A stretch of 64,000 nt of DNA from Candidatus Hydrogenedentota bacterium (GTDB taxonomy: Bacteria; Hydrogenedentota; Hydrogenedentia; Hydrogenedentales; SLHB01), in NCBI GenBank assembly GCA_963668025.2, contig CAXXTH010000003.1, forward strand, positions 1 to 64,000, in the 5' to 3' direction. Positions 47,751 to 57,234 of this stretch are shown here, one piece after another. The stretch's first letter is position 1. Each line of letters opens with the position of its first letter. Position numbers and translations under genes: made by a program. Under the pieces are notes generated by a model. It searched no databases and was not told the origin of the DNA. It saw only the letters and a list, made by a program, of their open reading frames with translations.

Positions 47751-49572
47751 GAGGCATTTGCGAAATAGCGTGGTTTGCGAACGCGCGGACGGTGCGGGCA
47801 CACGCGGAGCGGTTTTCGCCTGTGGCAATGGGATTACGCCTCCGCTACGGGTGCAATAAATCATGCAGGAGGTTCGCGTGTAGGACCCTTGCGGCCCGAA
47901 TGGGCATGGTTTGCCCTTGATTCGGGCCATCATTGCTTGTGCGGATTCGATGTGATCTATGCGGCGCGGGGCTGTCCGAGGAGCGAGCGCATGCGTTCTG
48001 CCTGGCCGGCTTCGAGCCATCCCAGGGCCATGCCGAGCATGACGAGGAGGGCTAATCCGGTGCGGGCGCGCATCTTTTTCATACCGCGGATGTAGTGGCG
48101 CTCGAATCCGTATGCGCCGTCGAGTCGGCTGTTGACTCGCTCGATGGCGGTGCGGTGTTTGTATTCGCGGCGCCAGGATTTGGCGCTGCGGGGCAGGGGG
48201 GTAAAGATGCGCCGGTCGATAGCGATGGGCACGCGGACAATCCGTCCGTGTTCGGGCTGGCATCCTTGGTTGCAGAGGTCTTGCTGGGTACAGGCGCTCC
48301 CGCGTGCCTTGGCTGGGCAACGGTATTTCAAGGTTCCCCGATCTTGCTCGAATCCTTGGTAGGCCATGGAATCATAGTTGTCGCGTTCGTTTGGGGCGCC
48401 GTTACGACACCGGCAGAGGACTTCACCTCGTTCGGTATGGAAGATCGTGTCTACCCGTTCGGGATATAAAGGGCGGGGCCGTTCCGGTTCTTCTTTCCAG
48501 GTCGCCCGGATGTCCACGATGGGCCGGATTTCATGTTCCTCGAAGAGGCCCTTGTTGTTGGCTTCGGAATCATAGCCCTTGTCGGCGCTGAGGTACTCGG
48601 CGCGTTGGACGAGTTCGGGGTGGCGCGCGTCGAGAGCCGCCACGAGGGGCAGCAGAAAGGGCGAGTCGTTGGCGCTGGCTTTCGTGACCGCGTAGCCCAG
48701 CGGCAATTCATATTTCGTGTCCACGATGAGGTGCAGCTTGTAGCCGAACCACCGTTTGACCTTCTCCCAGGGCGTGCCGTCCTTGTGAACGCCCTTGTAG
48801 GTTTTCGTGCCCCAGTCTGCGTCGCGGTCGCGCCGCCCGTCCGGCTCTTCGTTTTCCAGGACCGCGTCTTTGCGCGGAGGCTTGGCGTGGGTTTGGATGG
48901 CTTTCGAGTCTACGGCCAGACGCACCCCGAGATCCGGCAAGCGTTCCATCAGCCGGACGATGAGCGCGTCGAACATCCGGTCCACTTCTTTCCAGTGGCG
49001 CAGTAATCTGGCGAAGAACCGCGTGTACACCCATTCGGGCGGGACCGCCTTGGCGCCCCGCAACACGTCGAATCCGCACAACTGGCGCAATTGCCCGTTT
49101 CGGGCTAGTTCGCGGCGCAGGCTTTCGACGCCGTCGTGCTGGAAGACGATCCCCGCCAGTATGCTGTTCCACATCGCGCGGATAGGATAATCGTCGCGCC
49201 GCCCCTTGCGTTCGGCTTCCATCGCCCGCATCAAATCTTCATCCGGCAGCGCCGCCAGCAACAGGTTCAGCCGATCCAGATCCGACGCCGCGTCGACCTG
49301 GTTCCACGAGAACAACCCCATTTGGTGTATAATGGCCATCGCAAACGTCTCCTTGGTGTGTGCGTGGTTATGTGGTCAACTATACTACAATCACACACGG
49401 GAGACGTTACGCCTTTTCCCGCTCGCCGAGGGCATTTGGGGTGATTTTTCACAAAAAATCCTTATTCATGCCCCCGCCAAGCCCCTTTCCCCGCATTCTC
49501 CGGGGTAGGCGCCAATTCCGCCGCTTTGTAAACCCTTGTCAATACGGATTTTCTTTATTTCGCAAATGCCTC
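47751..49572 (-). mobile_element. IS1182/IS5-like insertion sequence nested in the ISKra4 transposase
   Basis: IR GAGGCATTTGCGAAATA / TATTTCGCAAATGCCTC with DR TACGCC. Alternative reading: 15-bp IR with 10-bp DR TCTACGCCGA. Confidence 0.9.
47957..49339 (-). CDS. DDE transposase (DUF772 N-terminus)
   Basis: GRRDDYP, AVDSK, FGYKLHL, ADKGYD, YKHRTAIERVNSRLD. Confidence 0.93.
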   Translation of the reverse strand: MAIIHQMGLFSWNQVDAASDLDRLNLLLAALPDEDLMRAMEAERKGRRDDYPIRAMWNSILAGIVFQHDGVESLRRELARNGQLRQLCGFDVLRGAKAVPPEWVYTRFFARLLRHWKEVDRMFDALIVRLMERLPDLGVRLAVDSKAIQTHAKPPRKDAVLENEEPDGRRDRDADWGTKTYKGVHKDGTPWEKVKRWFGYKLHLIVDTKYELPLGYAVTKASANDSPFLLPLVAALDARHPELVQRAEYLSADKGYDSEANNKGLFEEHEIRPIVDIRATWKEEPERPRPLYPERVDTIFHTERGEVLCRCRNGAPNERDNYDSMAYQGFEQDRGTLKYRCPAKARGSACTQQDLCNQGCQPEHGRIVRVPIAIDRRIFTPLPRSAKSWRREYKHRTAIERVNSRLDGAYGFERHYIRGMKKMRARTGLALLVMLGMALGWLEAGQAERMRSLLGQPRAA

Positions 49573-50162
49573 TACGCCGAGGCCGTCCGCCGCGGATTGT
49601 TCAGGGCCAAACGCGTCGTATGCCTCACCGATGGGGCCGAATGGATACGAAACATCGTACAAACCCATTTTCACGCCGCCATCCACGTAGTCGACTTGTA
49701 TCACGCGCGCGAGCATCTCGGGAACCTGTGCAAATTGTTGTTTGGACGCGACGAAAAACGTTTGGCCTTGTACAAGGGCAAATGGTGGGACGATCTGGAT
49801 GAGGGAAAGATCGAAACCATCGTGGAAGAAGCCGCCGTGCTGTTGCCAAACAATGGGCCGGATGCCAAAGAAGCCGTTACCGCCATCGGCTATTTTGAGA
49901 CGAACAAAGAACGCATGCGCTACAACGATTTTTTTGCCAAGGGACTATTCGTTGGCTCGGGAGTCATTGAAGCGGCGTGCAGGACGGTCGTTGGCCAGCG
50001 TATGAAGCACTCCGGTATGGAATGGACCGTCCGTGGCGCAAATGCCATTACGGCGTTGCGATGCCTTATTCAATCCAATCGCTTCGAGGAGTATTGGGAA
50101 CAAAGAACCGGATGAAAACCCACTTTTTTGACGCAGGCCCAGGTTATTCCGTATTTATTGCT

Positions 50163-51191
50163 TTACGATTCGGATATAACGGAATTATGCGCACGTGCGT
50201 AGGCGCGCATAGCGTGGAGATTGGCATGAGGCGTATCGCGCGGGACTTCACAGCCAGCGCCAGCGATATACCGGGGAGATGCTGCCGAATGGCATTGCGT
50301 CAAAATACGCTCTACGTCTTCAGGCGAGCCATTGCGCAGCACTTTCACGGGGTCCATATTTCCCAGGAGCATTTGATCCGGCCCCATGGCGTTCCGCGCC
50401 GCCGCCATGTCAACCGGATAATCCAAATCGACGATAGCGCACCCTAGGCGCGCCATAGGGACGGTGATCCCAGAGGTATTGCCGCAAATATGGAGCCTAG
50501 TAAGGCCGCCCATGGCGTGGATGCCGTCCACAAGTTGTTTCTCGAAAGGCCATATAAACTCGTTGTATGTGTCTGGGCTTACAAGGGAAGCGGCCGCATC
50601 GCCGATGCCGATCAAATCAGCGCCCGCCTCGAGCTGGGCTTTAGCGAAACGCAGTCCAAGTTCCACGGCGAAAGCGAACAAATCACGGACGAATGCTGGT
50701 TCCGTGTAGAAATCCATCATCAGCGTATTGATGCCGCGCAGATCCGCGCCCTCCGCGCATGGGCCTTCTATCCAGCCTTCAATAAGTTTTTCTCCACGCA
50801 ATCGCTCCCCGAATAAGGCCATCGCTTGAACGCGGTCCGTCATACGCCCGCCTCCCAACGGATCAGGCGCGCGCAAAGAGGTTAAAGCGGTTGTTTCGCG
50901 AAGCAGCGCATGGGTTTCCAATAATGCAGGCGGCTGGTGATCATAAAACTCCACCGCCGCTCCGCAATCCGCTGCTTCCCGCGCAGGATCAGAAATGCCG
51001 GAGACAAAATCAATATCAAACGCTTCCGCCGTGCGGAGCTGGCCTTCCACCAGCACTCGGTGGTCCTTGACATATGCCACATACGGCTTGCCAACAAAAT
51101 CCGCGGCAAACATCATGGTTATGGGCATAAATGGCAGGCTGTCCACTGGTTCGCCCGCAAGAGCCGACAAGATGCGTTCACGTCCATTCAT
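50163..51191 (-). CDS. Uroporphyrinogen decarboxylase / MtaA-CmuA family protein
   Basis: MNGRERI, EGP, GADLIGIGD, LHICG, GNMDP, GAGCEVP..TP..N. Confidence 0.88.
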   Translation of the reverse strand: MNGRERILSALAGEPVDSLPFMPITMMFAADFVGKPYVAYVKDHRVLVEGQLRTAEAFDIDFVSGISDPAREAADCGAAVEFYDHQPPALLETHALLRETTALTSLRAPDPLGGGRMTDRVQAMALFGERLRGEKLIEGWIEGPCAEGADLRGINTLMMDFYTEPAFVRDLFAFAVELGLRFAKAQLEAGADLIGIGDAAASLVSPDTYNEFIWPFEKQLVDGIHAMGGLTRLHICGNTSGITVPMARLGCAIVDLDYPVDMAAARNAMGPDQMLLGNMDPVKVLRNGSPEDVERILTQCHSAASPRYIAGAGCEVPRDTPHANLHAMRAYARAHNSVISES

Positions 51192-51490
51192 GATGAAAAT
51201 ACCTTATGTGTGCGCCGCCATAAAAGAAAGCGTTTTCCTATGCCGGAATACTATATCTTCCCTCCGGATCTGCTGTCAACATCAAGAAAGGTTCAAATAT
51301 TTGCATGTGTGTAGGCTCACCCGTTTGGAGAAGTTTGGAGAAGTGTGCAATTTTAACGCAGAGTCGTATGGATTTTGTTTTAGTAAACACAGCCAATTTA
51401 CCCGGCAATTCGGGAAAGGTGGACTTGGGGCAAGGACTGAGGTACTCTCTTTCCTAATAGGACATTTTTATTAATGGATGATGGAGGCCT

Positions 51491-52363
51491 ATGCGGACGG
51501 TATTACAGGATTGCGCCCGGGAGAATTGCCCGCTTGCGCCATTGACGTTATATAAAATCGGCGGGACCGCCCGCGTAGCCTTATTTCCCCGCACCATGGA
51601 AGAAGCCTGTGAAGCCTATGCTTGGATGGCGGCCCAGTCCGGGCGCAAGCTGGTGCTGGGAGGCGGCTCGAATGTGCTAGTGTCGGATCGAGGATTTGAT
51701 GGCATTGTGCTGGCCACCACGGAGCTGGCTGGCATTGAACCATTAGGCGATGAACGCTACCGCGTGGAATGCGGCACGCCGTTGAACCGGCTCGTGCGGC
51801 AAATCATGCTCACTAAGAATTACGCGGGCGTAGGCGGCCTTACTGGGATCCCCGGTTCCGTGGGCGGTGCGGTATATATGAACGCAGGCACGGTAAATGG
51901 CTCCACTTGCCAGCTTCTCGAGTCGGTGGATCTCCTCAGTCCAGAAGGCCGCCGCACCGTGGCGATGGGGGATTCACTGTATGGGTATCGAGGCCAGACG
52001 TTCTGTCCTCCTGGCGCGCTCATTTTAAGTGGCATTTTTCGGTTCCAGCGCTCGGGCGAAGATCAACAGGCTATTTATTATCATTATATGCAGCGGCGCA
52101 TCGAGAAACAGCCCCAAGGCCGTTGCTGCGGCAGCGTCTTCAAGAATCCAGAAAGGGAGCATGCGGGGCGGCTTATCGAGGCATGCGGCCTCAAAGGAAC
52201 CCGGCAGGGCGGCGCGGTGATCAGCCCGCTGCACGCGAACTTCATCATGAACGAACAGAACGCCTCTTTCGAAGATGTCATGGGCCTGATCCAATTATGC
52301 AAAACTCGCGTGAAAGAACGGTTTGGCGTGGAGCTGGAAGAGGAAGTGCGTATCATCCACTGA
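51491..52363 (+). CDS. murB: UDP-N-acetylenolpyruvoylglucosamine reductase
   Basis: YKIGG.A, LGGGSNVL, GIPGSVGGAVYMNAG, GSVFKNP, HANFI, LEEEV. Confidence 0.96.
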   Translation: MRTVLQDCARENCPLAPLTLYKIGGTARVALFPRTMEEACEAYAWMAAQSGRKLVLGGGSNVLVSDRGFDGIVLATTELAGIEPLGDERYRVECGTPLNRLVRQIMLTKNYAGVGGLTGIPGSVGGAVYMNAGTVNGSTCQLLESVDLLSPEGRRTVAMGDSLYGYRGQTFCPPGALILSGIFRFQRSGEDQQAIYYHYMQRRIEKQPQGRCCGSVFKNPEREHAGRLIEACGLKGTRQGGAVISPLHANFIMNEQNASFEDVMGLIQLCKTRVKERFGVELEEEVRIIH

Positions 52364-52384
52364 AACCTTGAGCGTCACAACGCG

Positions 52385-52587
52385 GCATGGCCGCAACCAA
52401 AGATCCGTATTTTAAACCACAAAATACACTAAAATTCAGATGGGTAGGGTGGGGCTTGCCCCACCGTTCAAAGAATTCATCGACCAAAATACTATGTAAA
52501 ATTCGTAGGTCCTAACCAATTAAAATACATTGGTTTACACAAAAAATCCTTGCAAGAAAACAACACTTTGGTGGTTAGTAGTACTGA
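52385..52587. repeat. AT-rich miniature-element-like intergenic segment containing a GTAG REP
   Basis: REP at 52444-52471, CCAC-type periodic motif near 52416, sharply AT-rich relative to the flanking genes. Confidence 0.45.
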
Positions 52588-52617
52588 GCAGCAATACCGC
52601 GCCAGGAGATTCGCCCC

Positions 52618-53667
52618 ATGGATTTACACGAACTATTTGACCTAGTCGAACAGCGGGGCGCTTCAGACCTGCTGCTCAGTGCAGGCGCGCCACCCGTCCT
52701 GAGAGTCAACGGAAAACTGTATCGAACACGCCATGATGTGCTTGCGCCCGAACAAGCCAAAGAGCTCATTTACAGCGCCCTCTCTTCTGAACAACAAATA
52801 CGATTCGAGTCCCATAAAGAGCTGGATTTATCCTTCTCCTTGAAAGTGGAACACCGTTTCCGGGTGAATGTCTATTATCAGAAAGGCGCTGTTACGGCCG
52901 CTTTCCGGCCTATCCCAGAATCGATCTCCTCATTGGAGTCTTTAGGCGTACCCGAGGTGGCGGGCGAACTGGCCATGATGAAGCAAGGGCTGATTTTGGT
53001 CACCGGGCCTACGGGCCACGGCAAGACCACCACCCTGGCCTCCATGATCGACCTCATTAACACCCGCTTGGAACGCCATATCGTCACGATTGAAGACCCT
53101 ATAGAATTCCTGCATGCACACAAAAGATGCGTGGTGGATCAGCGTGAAGTCGGCATCGACACATTGAGCTTTTATGACGCCCTCAAATATGTGCTGCGCC
53201 AAGCGCCGGATGTGATCCTTATCGGCGAGATGCGCGACCTTGAAACCATCCAAGCCGCCTTGCGGGCCGCCGAAACAGGCCATTTGGTTATGGCCACCTT
53301 GCACACCAATGATGCGATTCAAACCGTGGACCGCATCATTGACGTGTTTCCCGCCGAACAACAACAGCAGATCCGGTTCATGTTGAGCATGACGCTGCTG
53401 GCGGTGATTTCGCAGCGCTTGCTTCCGCGCACCGACGGTGAAGGGCGCGTCTTGGCGTGCGAGATCTTGCGGAACAACACCGCCGTGGCCAATCTGATCC
53501 GGGAAGGCAAGACCCACCAAGTCTACAGCATCATGGAAACGAACACGAAAGATGGCATGATTACCTTGGACCGAAGCATTAAAGATTTGTATCTGGATGG
53601 CTTGGTGGGATATGAGGACGCCGTGGGGCATCTGCGCAATCCAAAAGCGCTCCTCGAACGGCAATGA
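52618..53667 (+). CDS. pilT: Type IV pilus retraction ATPase
   Basis: ASDL, GPTGHGKTTT, TIEDPIE, QREVG, GEMRD, AAETGHLV.ATLHT, SQRL. Confidence 0.95.
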   Translation: MDLHELFDLVEQRGASDLLLSAGAPPVLRVNGKLYRTRHDVLAPEQAKELIYSALSSEQQIRFESHKELDLSFSLKVEHRFRVNVYYQKGAVTAAFRPIPESISSLESLGVPEVAGELAMMKQGLILVTGPTGHGKTTTLASMIDLINTRLERHIVTIEDPIEFLHAHKRCVVDQREVGIDTLSFYDALKYVLRQAPDVILIGEMRDLETIQAALRAAETGHLVMATLHTNDAIQTVDRIIDVFPAEQQQQIRFMLSMTLLAVISQRLLPRTDGEGRVLACEILRNNTAVANLIREGKTHQVYSIMETNTKDGMITLDRSIKDLYLDGLVGYEDAVGHLRNPKALLERQ

Positions 53668-53859
53668 GAATGTAGCTCCACAAGAAGAGGTCAACGCGCA
53701 ACCTCCTGCGGGTTTTTTTTTGGAAACCTCATCCTCTTTTTCGTTATACTTTCCCAAAATGAATGAAACTCTTTTACCCATGTGGATATTAATATGAGTG
53801 AAAACGGCGATATGTCCCCGAGCCAGGGGAGAGGCACAGGTAGGGACGCGGTAGAGGCC

Positions 53860-54525
53860 ATGGCGGAAGGAATATGCGGCGCGGCCAAACTGCAACGAGC
53901 AGGGCAGTTGCGCGTATTGGAGCGCGAAGGCGCGCCTATACGCGAACGGGACGATGAGACCCTCATGCTCGAACACGGCGAAGGCTCGGAAGAAGCCTTC
54001 GATGAATTGGTGCGGCGCCACCAGCGGGGCGTATTGAATTATACTTTCCGCATGGTGCAGAACCGGCAAATTGCCGAGGAATTGACGCAGGAGGTGTTCG
54101 TGGCGCTGGTGAAAAACGCGGAACGGTACCAGCCTACTGCGAAATTCACCACCTACCTGTATGCCATCGCTTCGAATATCGTGTCCAAAGAATGGACCCG
54201 CCGCAAACGGCGTCCCAAACTCTTCAGTTTATCTTACTGGTCCAAGCCAGACGATGAAAGCGATCCCCTCGAGCACTTGGGCGATGGGCAAGCCAACACG
54301 ATGGCCGATTTCCAGCGGGGCGAGATTTCGGAGGCGGTGAATAAAGCGCTTATGTCTATCCCGGAACACCAGCGGGAGGCCTTTGTGCTGCATCGGCTCC
54401 AAGATTTGCCTTACGAAGAAGTCGCGGAGATTACCAATTCCCCGGTTGGTACAATCAAATCGCGGGTAGTGCGCGCGGAACGGGCGCTGCGGCCATTGCT
54501 GGAAGAGTACCGTGAATATGTTTGA
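53860..54525 (+). CDS. ECF RNA polymerase sigma factor
   Basis: AFDELV, AEELTQEVF, FTTYLYAIA, YEEVAEI...GTIKSR. Confidence 0.93.
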   Translation: MAEGICGAAKLQRAGQLRVLEREGAPIRERDDETLMLEHGEGSEEAFDELVRRHQRGVLNYTFRMVQNRQIAEELTQEVFVALVKNAERYQPTAKFTTYLYAIASNIVSKEWTRRKRRPKLFSLSYWSKPDDESDPLEHLGDGQANTMADFQRGEISEAVNKALMSIPEHQREAFVLHRLQDLPYEEVAEITNSPVGTIKSRVVRAERALRPLLEEYREYV

Positions 54526-55210
54526 TCGACTAAAATTGGGATTGCATCCCACCTCCCGGGAGCTCTTCACCTTCGCTGAAGGGCTGCAAGACGAAGGTTC
54601 GTCGGTTTCCGCGCGGGTGATGCGCCATGTGGCGCGATGTAAACAATGCGCCAATGAGGTGGCCGCCATACGCGCCACCTTGGGCTGCGTGACGAAAACG
54701 CCTGTGCTAGAACCTTCCCGGGCCCTTACGGCGCGCATTCTGGCCGCGGGACGGATTGAACGCGCCGCCAAAGAAAAACGGAAAGCCCGCTTCCAAGCCT
54801 GTTTTAATGTGGCTAAAAGCGTTGCGTGCGTGGCGGGCTTGGCGGTCATCGGTTTCGTTTCTTTCCGCATCGCGTTGGATGGGCCTTTTTCCATGCCGCA
54901 GGCTTCCGCGGCCATGCTGGCTCCTATCCAGCATGTGGCCATGCAGAGCCCATCACCAGAAGAATTGCGCAAAGCCACTTCACAGCTTAGGGTGTTGGCG
55001 TCGGCGCTGGATACACAGTCCAACAGCGTACGAAACGCCATGGAACAGCGCCACTGGCGTATGGCTACTGCCCTAAACGATGATCTTTCGGCGGCTCTGG
55101 CGGCTCTCGAACGGAATCCGGGCAACCAGCATGCAAGCCGCTTGGCTAGTTTGAGCATCCAACGTTTGGCCGACACTCAAAAACGGCTATACGAAGAACG
55201 GAGCCTGTAA
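54518..55210 (+). CDS. Zinc-binding anti-sigma factor
   Basis: HVARCKQC (HxxxCxxC) followed by a TM; overlaps the sigma factor stop. Confidence 0.8.
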   Translation: MFDRLKLGLHPTSRELFTFAEGLQDEGSSVSARVMRHVARCKQCANEVAAIRATLGCVTKTPVLEPSRALTARILAAGRIERAAKEKRKARFQACFNVAKSVACVAGLAVIGFVSFRIALDGPFSMPQASAAMLAPIQHVAMQSPSPEELRKATSQLRVLASALDTQSNSVRNAMEQRHWRMATALNDDLSAALAALERNPGNQHASRLASLSIQRLADTQKRLYEERSL

Positions 55211-55228
55211 GCAGCGCGTGTACGATTC

Positions 55229-57184
55229 ATGCAAGCATCCCTCTCTATGAACGCCAGGAAATGCTTCTTGGCGGTTTTTTTTGCTGTGTTGTCTTCGCTC
55301 ATGGCGGCGGCGGCGTATGCCCAGCAAGCGGAAAATCCCCCCGAACCCGCCACGGACAATTCTATTTTCGATATCATCGCCCATGGCCTCAGCCAGATCG
55401 GCGCGCGCACCCAGGAATTCGTTGCGCCAAGATTTAACTCACTGAACAGCCTGGATGACAATAATCCATCCAAATTCAATGTCACGCGCGAATTCGATGA
55501 GAATTATCCTGTAAAACCAACTGTGAACGTTTCCGTCACCCATGCGGATGGGGAAGTCCGTATCGAGGCATGGGATAATCCCGTGGTGAATGTGCGGGTC
55601 GAGATCACGGCGGGAGCCGATACCTTCGAAATGGCGCAAGAGATTTGTACGGCGATAAACATCGACGTGGTTTCATCGCCGGAACAGGTGGCCATCCGTA
55701 CGCTTTATCCGGACACCCGAGGCATGGGCGTGAATTGCTCAGCCAATTATGTCATTTCGGTGCCTCGAGAGGCGAGTGTGGATTGTAGCACGAGTTTTGG
55801 CGACACGATTATTCGCGGCGTTGGCGGCGCGGTGGGAATCGACTCCAACTTCGGTGTCGTGGATATCAGCGATATTGGCGGCGCGGTGCGGGTGCGCGCC
55901 AAGGGCGATTGGCCCTTGCAAGCCTCAAATTTACGCCAAGGCGGCAACTTTATTTTGCGGCTTACCCAAGCCGAATTCCGGCAGATTTCGTCATCTCTTC
56001 AGGTCAGCAATTATCTCGGCTCGGTGATGATAAGCGGACTCGCTCCGGCTCTTAACGCCGAAATATTGAATGAGGGCGGCCCAGTACATATCGCATTGGG
56101 CTCAAATGATGAACCCGATATCGAGGCCCTGGCGCTCTTTGGAGACATACAATCCGATGTGCCGCTTCAAACCGCCACCAAAGGCCATCGTATGGAAGGC
56201 TGTTTGCCCCATAAAGAGTCTCCGCAGCATATCGGCGTGAATGTATCTTACGGAAGCATACGTATCACCCGTGACGCCCAAAACGGCACATCAGGCGCTC
56301 CTCCTCCTGAGCTTGGCGAATATACAAAAAATGTCCTCACTCGGGATTTGGCCATGGAGCCAGGTAAAGCACTCGATATTTCCGCGATTCCTGGTGATGT
56401 GCGTATCGTAGGTTCCGATGAGCCGCTGATACATGTGGAAGCCACGCAATTGGTCCGCTTGGCGGACCAAACGAAAGCCCCCCAAGCCATTGCCGCACTC
56501 AAGGTGGCGCTGGCCGAGCAAGATGGGCGCATCATACTTCAGACACAAGCGGATACGGGCCTCGCCGAAATGGGGTGCTCGGATTACCGCGTGGATATAT
56601 CGGTGTCATGCCCTCGAACAGCGCCTATATCCATCTCCGCCCAAAACGGCAAATGCGCCATCAAAGGCATGCAAAGCCCTGTAAAGGCTTCACTGGCCGC
56701 CGGAAGCGTGTCCGTGGAGCAATGCGGCGGAGAAGTCTCCATTACAAATCAGAACGGCGATGTCGAGGCGCTTGATTGCTTGGGGGCGCTCTTGATTACG
56801 GCCAGCAAAGGTAAAATAAGCAGCCGGAATGGCAGCGGCCCCCAAACATTGGATGGTACGGAATGCAAAACGATCGTTGATGCGCCACGGGCGAATGTGA
56901 CGGTGCGCCAGCATGGCGGCGATGTGCGCATCATGCCGCTGGATGGCATATTGGGAGACTACTCCATTACAGCGGAGAACGCCAACGTAAGCCTGCTTAT
57001 GCCGGAGTCGGCGGATGTGCGCATACTCGCCACCGCCCATGGCGGCGTAGTGCGGACCGCCATACCTTTGACGGGTGAAGTGTCCAAGGAAGGATATAAG
57101 CTTCAAGGTGTTCCCGCGGAAGGCTTGGCTGGAAAATACCAAGTCACGCTTACCACCACCAACGGCGATATCATGATTGATTAG
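55229..57184 (+). CDS. Exported DUF4097 (beta-strand repeat, adhesin-like) protein
   Basis: Signal peptide; two sets of G-D/G-x-I/V repeats ending TTNGDI. Confidence 0.8.
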   Translation: MQASLSMNARKCFLAVFFAVLSSLMAAAAYAQQAENPPEPATDNSIFDIIAHGLSQIGARTQEFVAPRFNSLNSLDDNNPSKFNVTREFDENYPVKPTVNVSVTHADGEVRIEAWDNPVVNVRVEITAGADTFEMAQEICTAINIDVVSSPEQVAIRTLYPDTRGMGVNCSANYVISVPREASVDCSTSFGDTIIRGVGGAVGIDSNFGVVDISDIGGAVRVRAKGDWPLQASNLRQGGNFILRLTQAEFRQISSSLQVSNYLGSVMISGLAPALNAEILNEGGPVHIALGSNDEPDIEALALFGDIQSDVPLQTATKGHRMEGCLPHKESPQHIGVNVSYGSIRITRDAQNGTSGAPPPELGEYTKNVLTRDLAMEPGKALDISAIPGDVRIVGSDEPLIHVEATQLVRLADQTKAPQAIAALKVALAEQDGRIILQTQADTGLAEMGCSDYRVDISVSCPRTAPISISAQNGKCAIKGMQSPVKASLAAGSVSVEQCGGEVSITNQNGDVEALDCLGALLITASKGKISSRNGSGPQTLDGTECKTIVDAPRANVTVRQHGGDVRIMPLDGILGDYSITAENANVSLLMPESADVRILATAHGGVVRTAIPLTGEVSKEGYKLQGVPAEGLAGKYQVTLTTTNGDIMID

Positions 57185-57234
57185 AGCGCGTTTCACACCA
57201 TGTGTGGGACCGGCGCCCCCGCCGATCATTCATC

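Larger units (their letters stand above)
46866..50115 (+). pseudogene. ISKra4 transposase split by the nested IS (pieces about 46941-47750 and 49573-50115)
   Basis: YRCPRC, YIEFDGSGVP, REVKIG ... IYAE | AVRRG, DGAEWI, DLYHA, RMRY, GSGVIEAAC, RMKHSGMEW. Confidence 0.9.
46504..50140 (+). mobile_element. ISKra4-family insertion sequence, interrupted by a second IS
   Basis: Perfect terminal IR GGGCCTGCGTCAAAAAAGTGGGTTTTC; 9-bp target duplication AGGTTATTC at 46495-46503 and 50141-50149. Confidence 0.93.

Noticed and set aside
53696-53721. Terminator after pilT
   Set aside because: A T-tract is present but the stem is only about 4 bp.
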